Positions 54,001-64,000 of a stretch of DNA of 64,000 nucleotides are shown here, piece by piece. The notes under the pieces were generated by a model. It saw nothing but the letters and a program-made list of their open reading frames with translations. It had not been told where the DNA came from and searched no databases. The position numbers and the translations under genes are program-made. This DNA comes from Camelus dromedarius (taxonomy: Eukaryota), in NCBI RefSeq assembly GCF_036321535.1, contig NC_087437.1:75704001-75768000 (forward strand), read 5' to 3'. The first letter of the stretch is position 1, and each line of letters opens with the position of its first letter.

Positions 54001-57000
54001 TACACCCCTAAGAAGCCTGTGAACATGGTATAATTACAAACATGCTATTCTCACATTAAAATCAAAGTGAAACTGAAATCCTGAAAAGTTCCCCCAATTA
54101 TTTTTTCTTTATCATACCTTAACATTTAAGTATACCATATGTAAGTAAAGAATTTAGTCCAATTTTTTTTGACATTTTGAGAATATTCTAAATTAACCTT
54201 TTAAATCAACTTGTCTGATGCCAGAGTTCAGAGAACCACCTTCGGTCAATTGAAGGGCAAGAAGAGAAAAGGTACAGGAACGTAGCTCTTTAAATGATAT
54301 GGTAGACTAGAAAATTTGACGTGTTTTTCATATGTAATCTGAATGTGTACCTCATGAGTATACATAACATTAAGGTTGCAAATTTGAGCATTTGTATTGG
54401 GAAGTAAAAATTGTAAGTGCGACCAATGTAACTTTTACTTGTTACAGATGCTCTATTTTGGAAAAGTCTAATGAATGTATCTTGACTTGAATGTAATAAA
54501 ATCCTCAGTTGATTTAAAAAAGAAATCCAGTCTGTCTTGGAGTAAGTGTGTGTCCCTGTAAGAGGTTTAACTTTTATCATTTCCAAGTTTAAATTTGTAG
54601 CCTTAATTGTTACTTTAAAGTGTAGGGTTTTAAATTTCATTTTCTATGTTCTTCCTTTGTAATGGTGTTGAGTTTTTTGTTTATTTTTTTTACTGGAAAC
54701 GTTTAAATTTCATAAAATGAAATTGAGGACTCAGAACAATAACAATGTAAAAACATATAGAAGATTGAAAAGAACTAACTAAACTCACTGACGTTGGGTG
54801 TGTTGTCTATACAGGCATTTATGTTCCTTCTTTATAATGGTCAAAACTGGTTAAGTTTTTTAAGCCATTACCATTTAGTTCCGTATGAGGGAATATAATC
54901 ATGTTTCCATACAAATCAACCTACTAGCTGTCAGAAACTCTATTTACCATGATATTTTAGAATGGCATGCAAAAGATATGTAAAATTCGGTGATATTTTC
55001 TTGCCCTTGCTGGCGAGAGGTGAATCTGATATCAACATAAAAAGTATTCCTGAAAATTCAAAACCTGGAAATATATTTATGGCATGTGTCAAGTGTTTCT
55101 GGGAGAAAAGAACAAATCAAGAAGAAGCATTGCAAGTGAGCTCGTGTGGAATGTTCAAGGCTTGTGATTTCAAAAAAAAAAATATATGTATATATATAGC
55201 TGTCAATGCCTTATGCCCATGGTAACAGCGGATAAATAACAATCATTCTTTAGTCACATAGGTCATATGCCTATTGGAGAGGATTAACTCAAGCGAAATT
55301 AACTTCTGCACTGTTTGCTTTTATAATATTAGAAGGATCACAGCTGACTAGTGCCCTTTGAATCACTATTCTTTGTAGATCTCTTTGTTTCAGAAAGGGC
55401 TAGCCAAATGTGACGTTCCTTGGACCTGAGATTTAGAACTCAGAGGCTATTCTTTACTCATTATTAGGGTTATTGAAGGAAGTTTCTTGGCAGTTCTTAA
55501 TACTAATTCTGATAAATAATTTATAAGCTTAAAAATATACCTCTAAAATCTTACCTCTGACCCTTCATGCCTTCACATTACCAATCAGAAATTTATATAG
55601 CTGCTCAGTTCTCTTTTCCTTGATAAAACATAGATGCAAGACATGGTTTAGTTGAAGTAAGTTGTATATACATGTCAGTATCGTGATTGTCCCTAATAAA
55701 GTTCTGTAATTCTGCTTTGTTTATCTGGGAGGCTGCTAAGTGTGATTTACCCATATTCCCAACATATTTCACTCCATAGTACTTTAAAAAGAGGTTTCCT
55801 TCTTGTTTAGTTGCAAGGACCAAAGCACTCCCAAGTGCCTCCAGTGGAGATTTACTTTAAAGCTACACATGGCACTAACAGAGGTGGAAATCTCATGAGA
55901 GCAGATATGTAACCGGGCCTCCCCGAGAGTGCAATAGTGAGTAGTTAGGAATTGGAAGAATCCAGTGCATCTCTAAAGACTGGGTCATCATTTGCCCTCT
56001 CAGTGACAAGAGGGAGCTGATGCCCTTCTGCCAGTGATAGCTGCTTGGTTCCTCCCTCTTTAGTTCTTCACCTGCTGGCCAACTAGCTCATCCTCTCCTC
56101 AGGGTTCTCTTCTCCTCTTCGTGTCTTCTCACTGATGTATCTTTCTGACCTTTGGCTCTAAGCCTTGAGCTTCTCCTTGCTTACTTCCTGTCTCCTCTTC
56201 CCCCTCCTTTCCCATCACCAACTTTCTAGCCGCCTTTCTGTGCCTCCTCTTCAGGTTCCAGTGGGAGAGAGAGACTTTACGGGCCAGTCAGTGGCCGTCT
56301 CCCCTGTTGGAGCCAGACTGAGCGGCTTCCGGCTCGTCTGTAGATTGGCTGCCCTTGGGTCAGGTCTCAGCCCCATTTCCCCTCATGGAGTGGGTGTGGA
56401 GGAGCAGGAGATAACGAGCACAGAAGACCAGAGCCGTTCTGCGGGCCTCCGCAGTCTGCTCGGGGGCAGACCCAGTGCCATTGCCCAGTCCAGGGGCAGT
56501 GGGACTGGCGACCCTCCTCCAGAGTGATTCACAGGGTGCTGTCACTGGACGCTTCTGTGTCTGCAGGACCCTGACTCTGTCCTTAGGACTGGTTTTAGCT
56601 GCCTCGGGGCCTCCTCACTGGGTTATTGTAAGTTCTCTCTTCTTCCCTGTGCAACAAGAGTACTTCTTTTCCCTTTGTCACTTTCTTCACGCCCTGTATT
56701 CCTTCATCTTCATTAACCAATCCTTTCAGAAGCAGTGAAGGGTAACTTGGAAAGCTAAGAAGCAGGAGAGGGGGGCTTGGTTGTAGCTAAAACTAGTTGC
56801 CTACAATCATTCTTTAAACTCAACAGGGATCCGAATTTTTGTTTGTTTAGTTTGTTAGCTATCTGGAGCTTTGAGAACTGTAAGGATGGGAGAATAAAAA
56901 AAAAGACTGGGCTACAGGAAACAAGAGCAGTGAGCTAAGGGTGGGGGATGGAAGAGAGGCAGAGAGTGGTCCTCTCCCTGTTCTTTCCACATTCCAGCTG

Positions 57001-60000
57001 GGCTGAGTAGGGAGGGATGCAGAGTCTAAAGTGGGAGTGAGTAGAATGTGTATGTTTATTATTTGATTTAGGTGGATCATTTGCATTATTTTATTCTGTC
57101 AATGTGTATAATTAAGAGTGTTCTGTATTTTTAATAGACTGTCAAAGCCAGAACTCTTTCAGTGGAGATTCTGACACTTTTAGTTTTAGTCCTGAACATT
57201 TTATCTTAAAATTAAACATAATATTGCCTTAATTTCTTCCATTTATTAAATTTACTTTTTTTTTTTTTTTAAATTTTATCAGCTTCTGATCACAGGACTA
57301 TACAGCCTCCAAGGGTAAGTTAAAATTTCTTAAATGAATTGCTTAATGGTTTAGACTGAAGAATGGTAATTGAGATATTGAACCCCTTTGCTAGCTGTTT
57401 AGTGTAACATCAAATTAAGAGAACACTGAAGTCATTTCATGACCTTTGCATGAATAGATCCAATCTATTTTAAAACCTCTGGCCATTTAGTAGCAGTGGG
57501 ATAGAATAAATGATTCCTTAAGATTATGCAGACTTCTCACACCCAGAACTGGAAAGTTTTTGTGTAAGAATAACGGTCATTATCTGCTAAAGGAAGCTGA
57601 TTACAATATATTGCCTCACCTGTTGGATCCATTTGATGTGCATACACGGAATGAGATTTCAGGCTTAAAAATGAGGGAGAGGGGTTTATAATAAATGGAT
57701 TTCATTAAAATTGACAGTCTGTAAAATAAATGTAAATATAGCTGAAAAATGACTGTTCTGAATTAGGATTCATTTCCCTCTTTCCCTCATTTTATAAACA
57801 TTTTTCTTCCTCCAAACTGTACTGTCATTTTCACTGTATCTTGGATACCTTAATAAGCTATCTGAGGAAATTCCAAGGAAAGGAGCAAATTTAGGAGGTA
57901 AACTGAGAGGGATAAATGAGGGGGGTGAAAAAACCTTTATAGAGAGAGACTCATCATGGTGACAGGCACATGGGCTACTTTATGGAAATAAGATCTAGAA
58001 AGGACTATATGTCATCATCTTCCTTTAAAGGATTAATGATCACTCATCCGCAGTGCCAAAAGCAAGGTTCCTGTCCATGGCAGGAAGTGGAGATTATCTG
58101 ACAAGCCTCCACAGACATGCCTGAAAGGCAAGGGAAGTGAGGGTGCATCTTACACAGGTGTCCATTTTAAAAAGACTGATGCCATTGCTACCTTGGTCAC
58201 AAACAGCCAGAAGTTTTAAAAGTACCTCTGTTAGAGACAATTCAGCCATTAGACCCTTAAATCCTAACACATTTTCTTTCCCTGTTACTGAGTTCAATTT
58301 GCATGACTTGAAAATGATTCTGTTTTGCTCTCATCTCTGGTTTAACTGTATTATTTATTATATTACTATTCATGTTTGTGCTTCAAGAAGTTAGGATTTC
58401 TTGAACTGAGAGAGGCAGGGTGGGATCGGAAATTCTGCATGACAAAAAGTATATTAAGAGAATAATGCAGTTATTTATTATAAAACTTTGCAAGCTTGCT
58501 TTTCTAACTAACCTATGTTGCCTTCCTTTTTTTTTTTTGACTATAGGATTCACTGTTTATTATATAGTTTAAATGTTAATGTATATAAATTTTAGTATAA
58601 AAGGACATGAAATAAATTCTATTTTATGTAAATATATTTTAAATATTTTCCAGAAAGCTGTAGAGGAACCCCTTAATGGTATGTGGTTATTACAAATTTG
58701 TATATTTTTGTTGATCCGTTACCAGATCATAGTTTGAACTGGCCCCCAAAGCAATTAAAGTGCTGTCTATGCCTTGGGAAGAATCTAGGATTTTTCTTGC
58801 CTTAACCTCTCTTTTCTTGATTTTTCATCAAGAATTGAGTGTTGCTTTTGTAATGTTGTCACCTCTGAGAAAAATGCACTGTTCTGTGTCTCTTGAGTAG
58901 TTGCCTGTGCTAGCCAAGTGATATTTGGGTGAGGGGACCACTGCCTTTTTAATTGGCCACGAGGAAATGTAACACCCCTAGTAGAGAAGAATCCCAGATA
59001 ATTTCAGCTTCTAATTATAAATTTCAGGAAGACACAGGCTATCATCATGGAGGGAGATGAAAACATCTCACTTTCTTTCTCCCTAAATCTAGATCTTTAT
59101 TTCCAGCTGACTTGTGTAGGCTGTGGGTATGATCCACAGAAAGCTTTTGTAATCAAATGATAACCTTGAAATTAACTTGGCTTTAGAGCTGTGGAATAGT
59201 TGGCATGATCCTGCTGCATATTAGTTTATTTAGAAATGATTTCTAATTGCGGAATCTTACTAACTGTCTGCTTGGCTTGTTACTAATTCTTAGCATTTAA
59301 AGAATCAAAAGGAATGATGAATGATGGTAAGTATAAAGTGCACCTGTAGTTATAGGTGGGTTAAAATACGGACATTGAAAAGAAATAAAATTGCTTCTTG
59401 GAAGTGTGGCTTTTTTTTTTTTTTTTAGTAAAAGGGACACTCAAATCATAAAGGCCTACATTTCTTGGTTTATAAAACTTAGATCTACTGTGTTAATAGT
59501 TGCAAAACTAGTAATATAAATGCTGTAGGGTGTCACTAATCAGACTTTCCAGTTATATTGCTCGTAACAGAGAATTACTTTTAAAAACGTTTTTTAAAAA
59601 CATTTTTCAGTTACAGTGTCGGGTGACTGTAACTTTAAAATGCTTTTTATAAGACAGATAATCGGGCACAAATCTTTGTCGTCTTGACAGGGTTTCTTTC
59701 GTGCTTGTGTTGGTGATTTTATTGCATTTATCCCATGGAGACTTAATATATCTGCTTTTAAAGCAAGAATTGTGTTCTAACCTTTTGGGAGAGGATTTAC
59801 AAAGAGAGAGAGAAATGTTTATTCGCTCCAGCTTTTGCTTTTTTTCTGGAACTTTGGGCTAATAACTTCTAATTTATATTGAATATTTCAAAGACATAGA
59901 TCTATCAGTTCTTATAATAAGTGAGTCTGAGATTCTGAGTGCTGTGAGTGTTTGTTTTGATTTTACCATAACATGTCGTGATACTTCAGTTCTGTTAACA

Positions 60001-61244
60001 TTTTAATAACTATGTTTTTATTTTGTCAAAAATTTCTTCCTACCTTCGACTTTTATAATCATTCCTTAATCATGTAAATAGTTTGCTTTCTATTTTACTG
60101 TTGTAAAATCTGTGACCTACCTGCTCACCTCTAGAGCAAAGTGCAGCATTTAACCCAAGAGGCTATATTCCCTGAGTGCAATTAATTTTTGCCTAAGATT
60201 GAAAACATGCCAGTTGTGTGTTGGACTCAGTTTAAAACAATGCTTATTAGACTGTGTTCAATAAGCAGTCACAGAATGTTCCCACTTTTTTAAGTTTGTG
60301 TCACAGCTTTTATTACAAAAATGCATGTTTTGTTATTCTAACTACTGCCCTCATTAAAAAAAAAAATCATGGTTAGTAGGAATACATTAAATAACATTAA
60401 AAAAGAACTGGTACCTGAAAGTGTGGCATGGTGTGTCTGCGTTTACATTCTGGTGTTAATTTCTTTGTTTTTTTCCTTTTCCTACTGTGATGTCATTCTT
60501 CTGTAGTTGTATGAAGAAACTAAATTTTTCTCCATTTTCAGAAAACCAGTAGGAGAAACTTGAATGCCTCTTCTTTTGTTAATTTCCCTTAAGATGTGAC
60601 TCTGTCTGTGCCATTGTAACAGGAGTTATAGCTGTTTTTGCATGTTCGTAGCACATGAAATCTATGACGACCTTTGAAATTCCCTTAATTTTTAGCTGTT
60701 GAGAATTTGTTGGGTTTTTTCCAAATGCCTGTCTGGTGGGCCCTTCCTCCTGACAGTGTACAGTGCTCACAGTGTGTCTGCCTTGTCAGTGAGTGAGGTC
60801 CCAAGCACCCTCTTGGGACCACAGTACCATTTCCTCTTTCACTTATACCTAATCATGTGTTTGATTGACTTAAGCAAGTGAATGGTGTCCATCTAAAGTG
60901 AATGTGACAGAATGTTTATTCTAGGATCAATATCTTTTGCTTTGAAAAATCAACATCTCTTGGCTTCTCATCAGCCAACCCAGCAAACAGAGAATATCAG
61001 ACTGATGATTTTTATTTCCACTTGGAATTGGCTTTTACTTAACTGTAACCAAAAAGGCTAATGATTTACCAGGTTTATGTCTGTGACCTTTGCAAATCTA
61101 AGATTAAATAATTTTTCCTTATTTTTAAATACTGTATATCCAAAACTTATTTTCAATTTTTTAAATATGTCAACTTGTTAATGCATAGAAAATAGACACA
61201 CATAGCAATTATATGTTCATTTTTCCATTTTTCAGAGTAACTGA
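14957..61244 (+). CDS. CD47: CD47 (integrin-associated protein), spliced CDS span, 11 exons; 321 aa with all exons (stop 61238-61240), 303 aa for exon 8->11 (stop 61242-61244)
   Basis: Manual splicing of exons of 46+348+90+108+93+93+93+32+25+33+5 nt = 966 nt gives an open frame: [24 protein letters not shown]...[14 protein letters not shown]...VSWFSPNEN...[20 protein letters not shown]. Signal peptide, IgV domain, five hydrophobic segments and short tail match CD47; all introns GT-AG. Confidence 0.99.
19000..20360 (+). mobile_element. Highly degraded LINE-2 fragments
   Basis: Pyrimidine-rich L2-like motifs such as tgcagtctgacttc, ggtgattcccaa and tcctactcatccttcaagcccc. Confidence 0.5.
20580..22500 (-). 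mobile_element. Degraded LINE-2 with nested MIR (about 20870-21110)
   Basis: Purine-rich antisense L2 motifs; MIR core cattttacagatgaggagactgagatacaga...aaggtcatac. Confidence 0.55.
22666..22766 (+). mobile_element. tRNA-Ala-derived camelid SINE (vic-1-like) with 17-bp TSD
   Basis: gggggtatagctcagttggtagagc...ggttcagttccc then poly(A); TSD AAAAGATTGAAGGCCCA at 22649-22665 and 22767-22783. Confidence 0.92.
23844..24601 (-). mobile_element. 5'-truncated L1 (ORF2 C-terminus plus 3'UTR), antisense in intron 1
   Basis: Minus-strand [29 protein letters not shown] is the L1 ORF2 C-terminus; TSD taaa[c/g]ggtaatttta at 23829-23843 and 24602-24616. Confidence 0.92.
26819..27166 (+). CDS. CD47: CD47 exon 2, IgV domain (348 nt)
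   Basis: Acceptor ttttctcttttccag, donor G|gtaaga. Encodes [27 protein letters not shown]...[24 protein letters not shown] with Cys33, Cys41, Trp58 and Cys112. Confidence 0.99.
28810..29030 (-). mobile_element. LINE-2 fragment
   Basis: tattttgaaggtag...ggagtcaaggatgactccaagatttttggcctgagc, reverse-complement homologue of the L2 at about 3100-3240. Confidence 0.75.
30300..30530 (-). mobile_element. MIR SINE
   Basis: gaggacactga...agagaggtattaagactctgtccaaggtcacag...tttcaaaaccagg. Confidence 0.6.
30782..30871 (+). CDS. CD47: CD47 exon 3 (SWF linker and TM1, 90 nt)
   Basis: Acceptor tttcttcccag, donor A|gtaagt; [30 protein letters not shown]. Confidence 0.98.
   Translation, partial: FHGFLQMKISSLLFSQFWLYFCFGDSLVL
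34157..34242. repeat. Compound (TA)n/(TG)n/(CA)n microsatellite inside L1 ORF2
   Basis: Directly visible dinucleotide runs. Confidence 0.9.
34604..35083 (+). mobile_element. Nested retroposed insertion in L1 ORF2: L1 3' fragment joined to an unrelated AT-rich tail
   Basis: TSD AAGAAACAAGATA at 34591-34603 and 35084-35096; AATAAA at 35059-35064 and A-rich tail; host ORF2 resumes after it. Confidence 0.85.
40150..40400 (-). mobile_element. MIR SINE
   Basis: gaggcacagacaggtcaggcagttagcccacaattactcagct...gggatttgaacc. Confidence 0.6.
41667..42701 (-). mobile_element. TcMar-Tigger fossil (Tigger6-like)
   Basis: Imperfect terminal inverted repeats (gtccttgct ... agcaaggac, right end followed by TA) and internal atggtaactgaaattcatgcatattagaacc. 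Confidence 0.7.
44843..45665 (+). mobile_element. Ancient L1 3' end (L1MC-like)
   Basis: tcattgctggtgagaatgcaaaatggtac...gaaatgagctatcaagcc...ttgtccaaacccatggaatgtacaacacc. Confidence 0.85.
47690..47906. mobile_element. MER20-like hAT fossil
   Basis: gacatttgataatgtctggaaacatttttgattgacacaac...gtagaggc...taaacat...aatgcacag. Confidence 0.75.
47978..48142 (+). mobile_element. tRNA-Ala-derived camelid SINE (vic-1-like) with 12-bp TSD
   Basis: gggaggggtgtggctcagcggtagagcgcatgcttagcatgcatgaggtcctggattcaatcccc...aaataaataaacctaattaccccc; TSD AATTCAGCATCC at 47966-47977 and 48143-48154. Confidence 0.92.
48360..48467 (+). CDS. CD47: CD47 exon 4 (TM2, 108 nt)
   Basis: Acceptor ttctttttt...aaag, donor G|gtaaga; [36 protein letters not shown]. 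Confidence 0.98.
48532..49029 (-). mobile_element. MaLR solo LTR (MLT1C-like), starting about 65 nt downstream of exon 4
   Basis: ttagtttcctagggctgctgtaacaaattaccacaaac...agttctggaggc...accattcaacccactaca. Confidence 0.8.
49676..49768 (+). CDS. CD47: CD47 exon 5 (TM3, 93 nt)
   Basis: Acceptor aacag, donor G|gtaagt; [31 protein letters not shown]. Confidence 0.98.
50821..50913 (+). CDS. CD47: CD47 exon 6 (TM4, 93 nt)
   Basis: Acceptor ttttcctccctccag, donor G|gtaaga; [31 protein letters not shown]. Confidence 0.98.
51010..51838 (-). mobile_element. Ancient L1 3' end (L1MC-like), antisense in intron 6
   Basis: tttaggttcacagcaaaattga...; minus-strand [23 protein letters not shown] resembles the ORF2 C-terminus. 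Confidence 0.85.
52245..52337 (+). CDS. CD47: CD47 exon 7 (TM5, 93 nt; Cys261, expected long-range disulfide partner of Cys33)
   Basis: Acceptor tttgtttttacag, donor G|gtaagt; [31 protein letters not shown]. Confidence 0.98.
57283..57314 (+). CDS. CD47: CD47 exon 8 (cytoplasmic tail, 32 nt)
   Basis: Long T tract then atcag acceptor, donor AGG|gtaagt; [11 protein letters not shown]. Confidence 0.97.
58654..58678 (+). CDS. CD47: CD47 exon 9 (alternative tail exon, 25 nt)
   Basis: Acceptor ttttccag, donor G|gtatgt; KAVEEPLN, the known CD47 long-tail peptide. Confidence 0.96.
59294..59326 (+). CDS. CD47: CD47 exon 10 (alternative tail exon, 33 nt)
   Basis: TACTAAC branch consensus at 59258, acceptor ttcttag, donor G|gtaagt; [11 protein letters not shown]. 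Confidence 0.96.
61236..61244 (+). CDS. CD47: CD47 exon 11 coding part, read in two frames: E-stop (from exons 7, 9, 10) or S-N-stop (from exon 8)
   Basis: Acceptor ttttccatttttcag followed by AGTAACTGA. Confidence 0.96.
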   Translation, partial: SN

Positions 61245-64000
61245 AGTGAAGGGATGGACTCTGATTCTGAGAGTAGTAAGACGTGAAAGAAATTCACCTG
61301 TGTTAAAGCACCATGGCCTTGATTCACTGTTTGGGAGAAGAAAACAAGAAAAGTAACTAGTCTCCATCTGTGGGAGAAAGTAAATTGTTGGCCTTCGAAT
61401 GATTATTACAGTTAAGTTTTTATTTAAAGTGTTTTTAATTTAGTTAATAAAAGAATTATGATCTGTGTTGTGTGCCCAATTGAGGTCCAGTTTTTTGTTG
61501 TTGTTGTTATTTTTATTCAATTAGGAGCAAAAGTAGAGTGTGCAACTTCCAAGAATGATGCCTTTCAGATCTTGGGCCTCTTGACTCCAGGCCACCAGTT
61601 TAAATTGGTTCCAGATGAGAATTACCTGGCACTAACCCGGTTACCCACAGATAATTGAGAACAGTGGCTTCCATCGAACCTTAGCAAATTCAGGTTCACA
61701 GCCACTTTGACAGTTGTGATGTTAGCAGAGTAGTGTGTCCTCAAGGGAACAACACATTTAAGTACAGATAGGAATTTGGTTGGGAACATCGTGTATGCTG
61801 CCTATGTGTGATTTGTCAGTCATGGGGTTCATGGTCTTCATTCCTGGGGGTTGCCACTCACACATTTTTCCTTCAACATACAGTGTAACAGACCCTTTTC
61901 AGATTTAGGGTAATTTTATTGATGGATATGTTTTTTTTCTCCCCCTCACACAACCCTTTACATCCTGTCTTGTCCTCCTGTTATTTGCTTCTGCTGTACA
62001 AGATGTAGCACTTTTTCTCCTCTTTGAACATGGTCCAGTGACACGGTAGCATCATTGCAGAAAGGAGCCAGACTTATTCTCAGAGAACTATGTTCACACT
62101 TTTCGGCAAAAATAGCGATGGTTGTAACATATGTATTCCCTTCCTTGGATTTGAAGGCACAATCTACAATGTTTCTTCACTCCTTTTCTGATCTGGGGCA
62201 TGAAAAACCGAGATTGAGATTTGGACTGTGAGTCTCCTGCATGGCAACATACTGTGTGTCACCGTCAGGCCAACAGGCCAGCCCTGAAGGGGGGCTTTAT
62301 TACTGTGTATCTGTGTTGCATGGTTAACACCCGTCATCCTCCTCCTGTAGTCCTGCCTCGTACTCACCTTACTCTAAGATTGAAAAGTAAATCAGAACCC
62401 CCACGTTTCCTACCCCCTGTTAGAAGAAGATTAACACTCTGACAGTTGTGATCGCCTGGAGTACTTTATTAGAGTATTAGCGCTCGTTTTCTTCCCTGTG
62501 GGTGTGTTTGTGTGTGCACATGTGTAAGATAGGCACGTGCATCTTCTGTATGGACAACGGCGGGGTGCCTACAGGAGAGCAAATGTTAATTTCATGCTTT
62601 TAGTAAAAACAGTTCAAAACGGATCTTTATTGGGTGGACTTACATTTGACGTGCATATTTGATCACTTAAAACCTTAAAAAATTCTAGGTAATTTGTCAA
62701 GCATTTGACTGCTCACCAATGCCCTCTAAAAATGCAAGTTATTCTTCCTGTTGGTGTAATAACAATAAGACGTTCCTATTTGTAGTTGCATTATTAATGG
62801 TTATTTCTCAGTCCACTGAATGTTCCCGTGTACCTCTTTTATGCCAAATCAATTGTCATATTTTATGCTGGGACCAAGTGGTTTGCCCGTGGCAAACCGA
62901 AATGTATGACCTGCTGATGCCTCTCAGAAAAGTAAACACACTATGAAGACAGCTCTTCTTGAAAAGAAAAAGAAAAAAAAGTTCCCTAATTGTGTTGCTG
63001 TCCAGAACGTTACCATATGTAGAGGGAGCTGTACTCTTTATACAAATCTAATGGCTCCTGCTGCTCTTTTTCCTTCTGAAAATATTTATATTTTACTAAT
63101 ATCATTTGTTACTTTAGAATCCAGTTTTGATGAAAGGAGGAAAAAAAGCCGATGGACTTGAAAAAGATCCAGACTGCTATTCTCTATTGAGAAAACAGCC
63201 AGGTGTGAAAATCTTTATAGTAAACTTTTTTATGAATTAGACTTTTACCTTTTAATATGTAGTCAGCTCTCATTTATTTGGGGTTCAGCCTTGGAGCTAG
63301 CTTATCCTTTGTGTTTCCTTTAATGCTGCCTGTCTTTCGAGGCATGCGCTGCCCTAGACATCGCACAGAGGTTGCAGGAGAAACGCCAGGTGATCTTACC
63401 CATCATCGGCTTCTGTGGAAAAGGGACCATGGCAGCGGGAGCCCTGTTGCTTGGGCATCGCTGGGCCAGTTCGTTCTCTTTAGATTAGACTTACACTGGC
63501 TCCCAGTTTTCTGCCACACCAAATTAAAGTTGCTAACAATGTTTTGTGCATCAAATACTTTTCTCCCCATAATCTGCTTTTTTAGTCACTGGTCCCAATT
63601 TTTGCCGCCGACTCTTTGTTCATTTTTATTTACTGTATGTCCTCAGAGTGACACCGTTTGTCATTTTGACAACAAATTTTTCCAGCCTTTTCAGCCAAAT
63701 CAAATTTCTCTCTCCTTCAAACATCCTCCCAGCCTTCCTCCCCCACTGGCTCTCCTTTGCAGTCTACCCCTGTCTTTGTAGCTGCCTCCTTCATCTCTTA
63801 CCTTCCTTTCCTAGTTCTTCATGTGTCTCTGTGTAGCTCTATTGGATTTTTGTCTTCTTTCTCTCATTCAATTTAAAAATTCCTTTTTTTTTTCTTCTCT
63901 TCCTGCAGTGTTTTGCATACATTAGACACTCACTGCATAAGTTTGATGATTGAGAGTATTTAGATTTGCCACTATTTTTAATAGGGTGAGCTAGAGAGTT
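61245..64000 (+). other. CD47: CD47 3'UTR (short form ends near 61470; long form continues past the window end)
   Basis: Follows the stop codons, U-rich, no obvious interspersed repeats, resembles the human CD47 long 3'UTR as I recall it through to the last bases; no further AATAAA noticed after 61451. Confidence 0.85.
61446..61451 (+). terminator. Proximal polyadenylation signal of CD47
   Basis: AATAAA about 200 nt after the stop, U-rich sequence upstream and GU-rich tctgtgttgtgtg about 10-25 nt downstream. Confidence 0.85.

Noticed and set aside
63278..63781. 167-aa ORF in the 3'UTR
   Set aside because: Begins at a non-ATG codon, pyrimidine-biased composition, no recognisable homology; lies within the CD47 long UTR.
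1..64000. CRISPR arrays, prokaryotic operons, foreign inserts, rRNA or snoRNA genes
   Set aside because: None seen; the sequence is accounted for by CD47, mammalian repeats and ordinary intronic or intergenic DNA.

Overview
Mammalian genomic DNA, very probably from a camelid, because it carries three tRNA-Ala-derived vic-1-type SINEs. The window holds one complete protein-coding gene, CD47, on the + strand: about 14 kb of upstream sequence, a CpG-island promoter with an NRF1 site, and 11 coding exons (14957-61244) whose introns all have GT-AG boundaries. The all-exon form encodes 321 aa and the exon 8->11 form 303 aa. There is a proximal poly(A) signal, and the long 3'UTR runs off the window end. 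The rest is interspersed repeats: a dead near-full-length sense L1 in intron 3 with a nested chimeric insertion, truncated L1s with target-site duplications (TSDs), L2/MIR, MaLR/ERVL LTRs and DNA transposon fossils. I found no foreign or prokaryotic system. The best leads are CD47-level: an out-of-frame upstream AUG 8 nt before the start, an intron-2 read-through stop followed by AATAAA (possible soluble IgV isoform), a decayed copy of what looks like the rodent extra linker exon, altered glycosylation/GAG sites, and candidate extra cytoplasmic-tail exons. Repeat subfamily names and all cross-species comparisons are from memory and need database confirmation; boundaries of old repeats are approximate.
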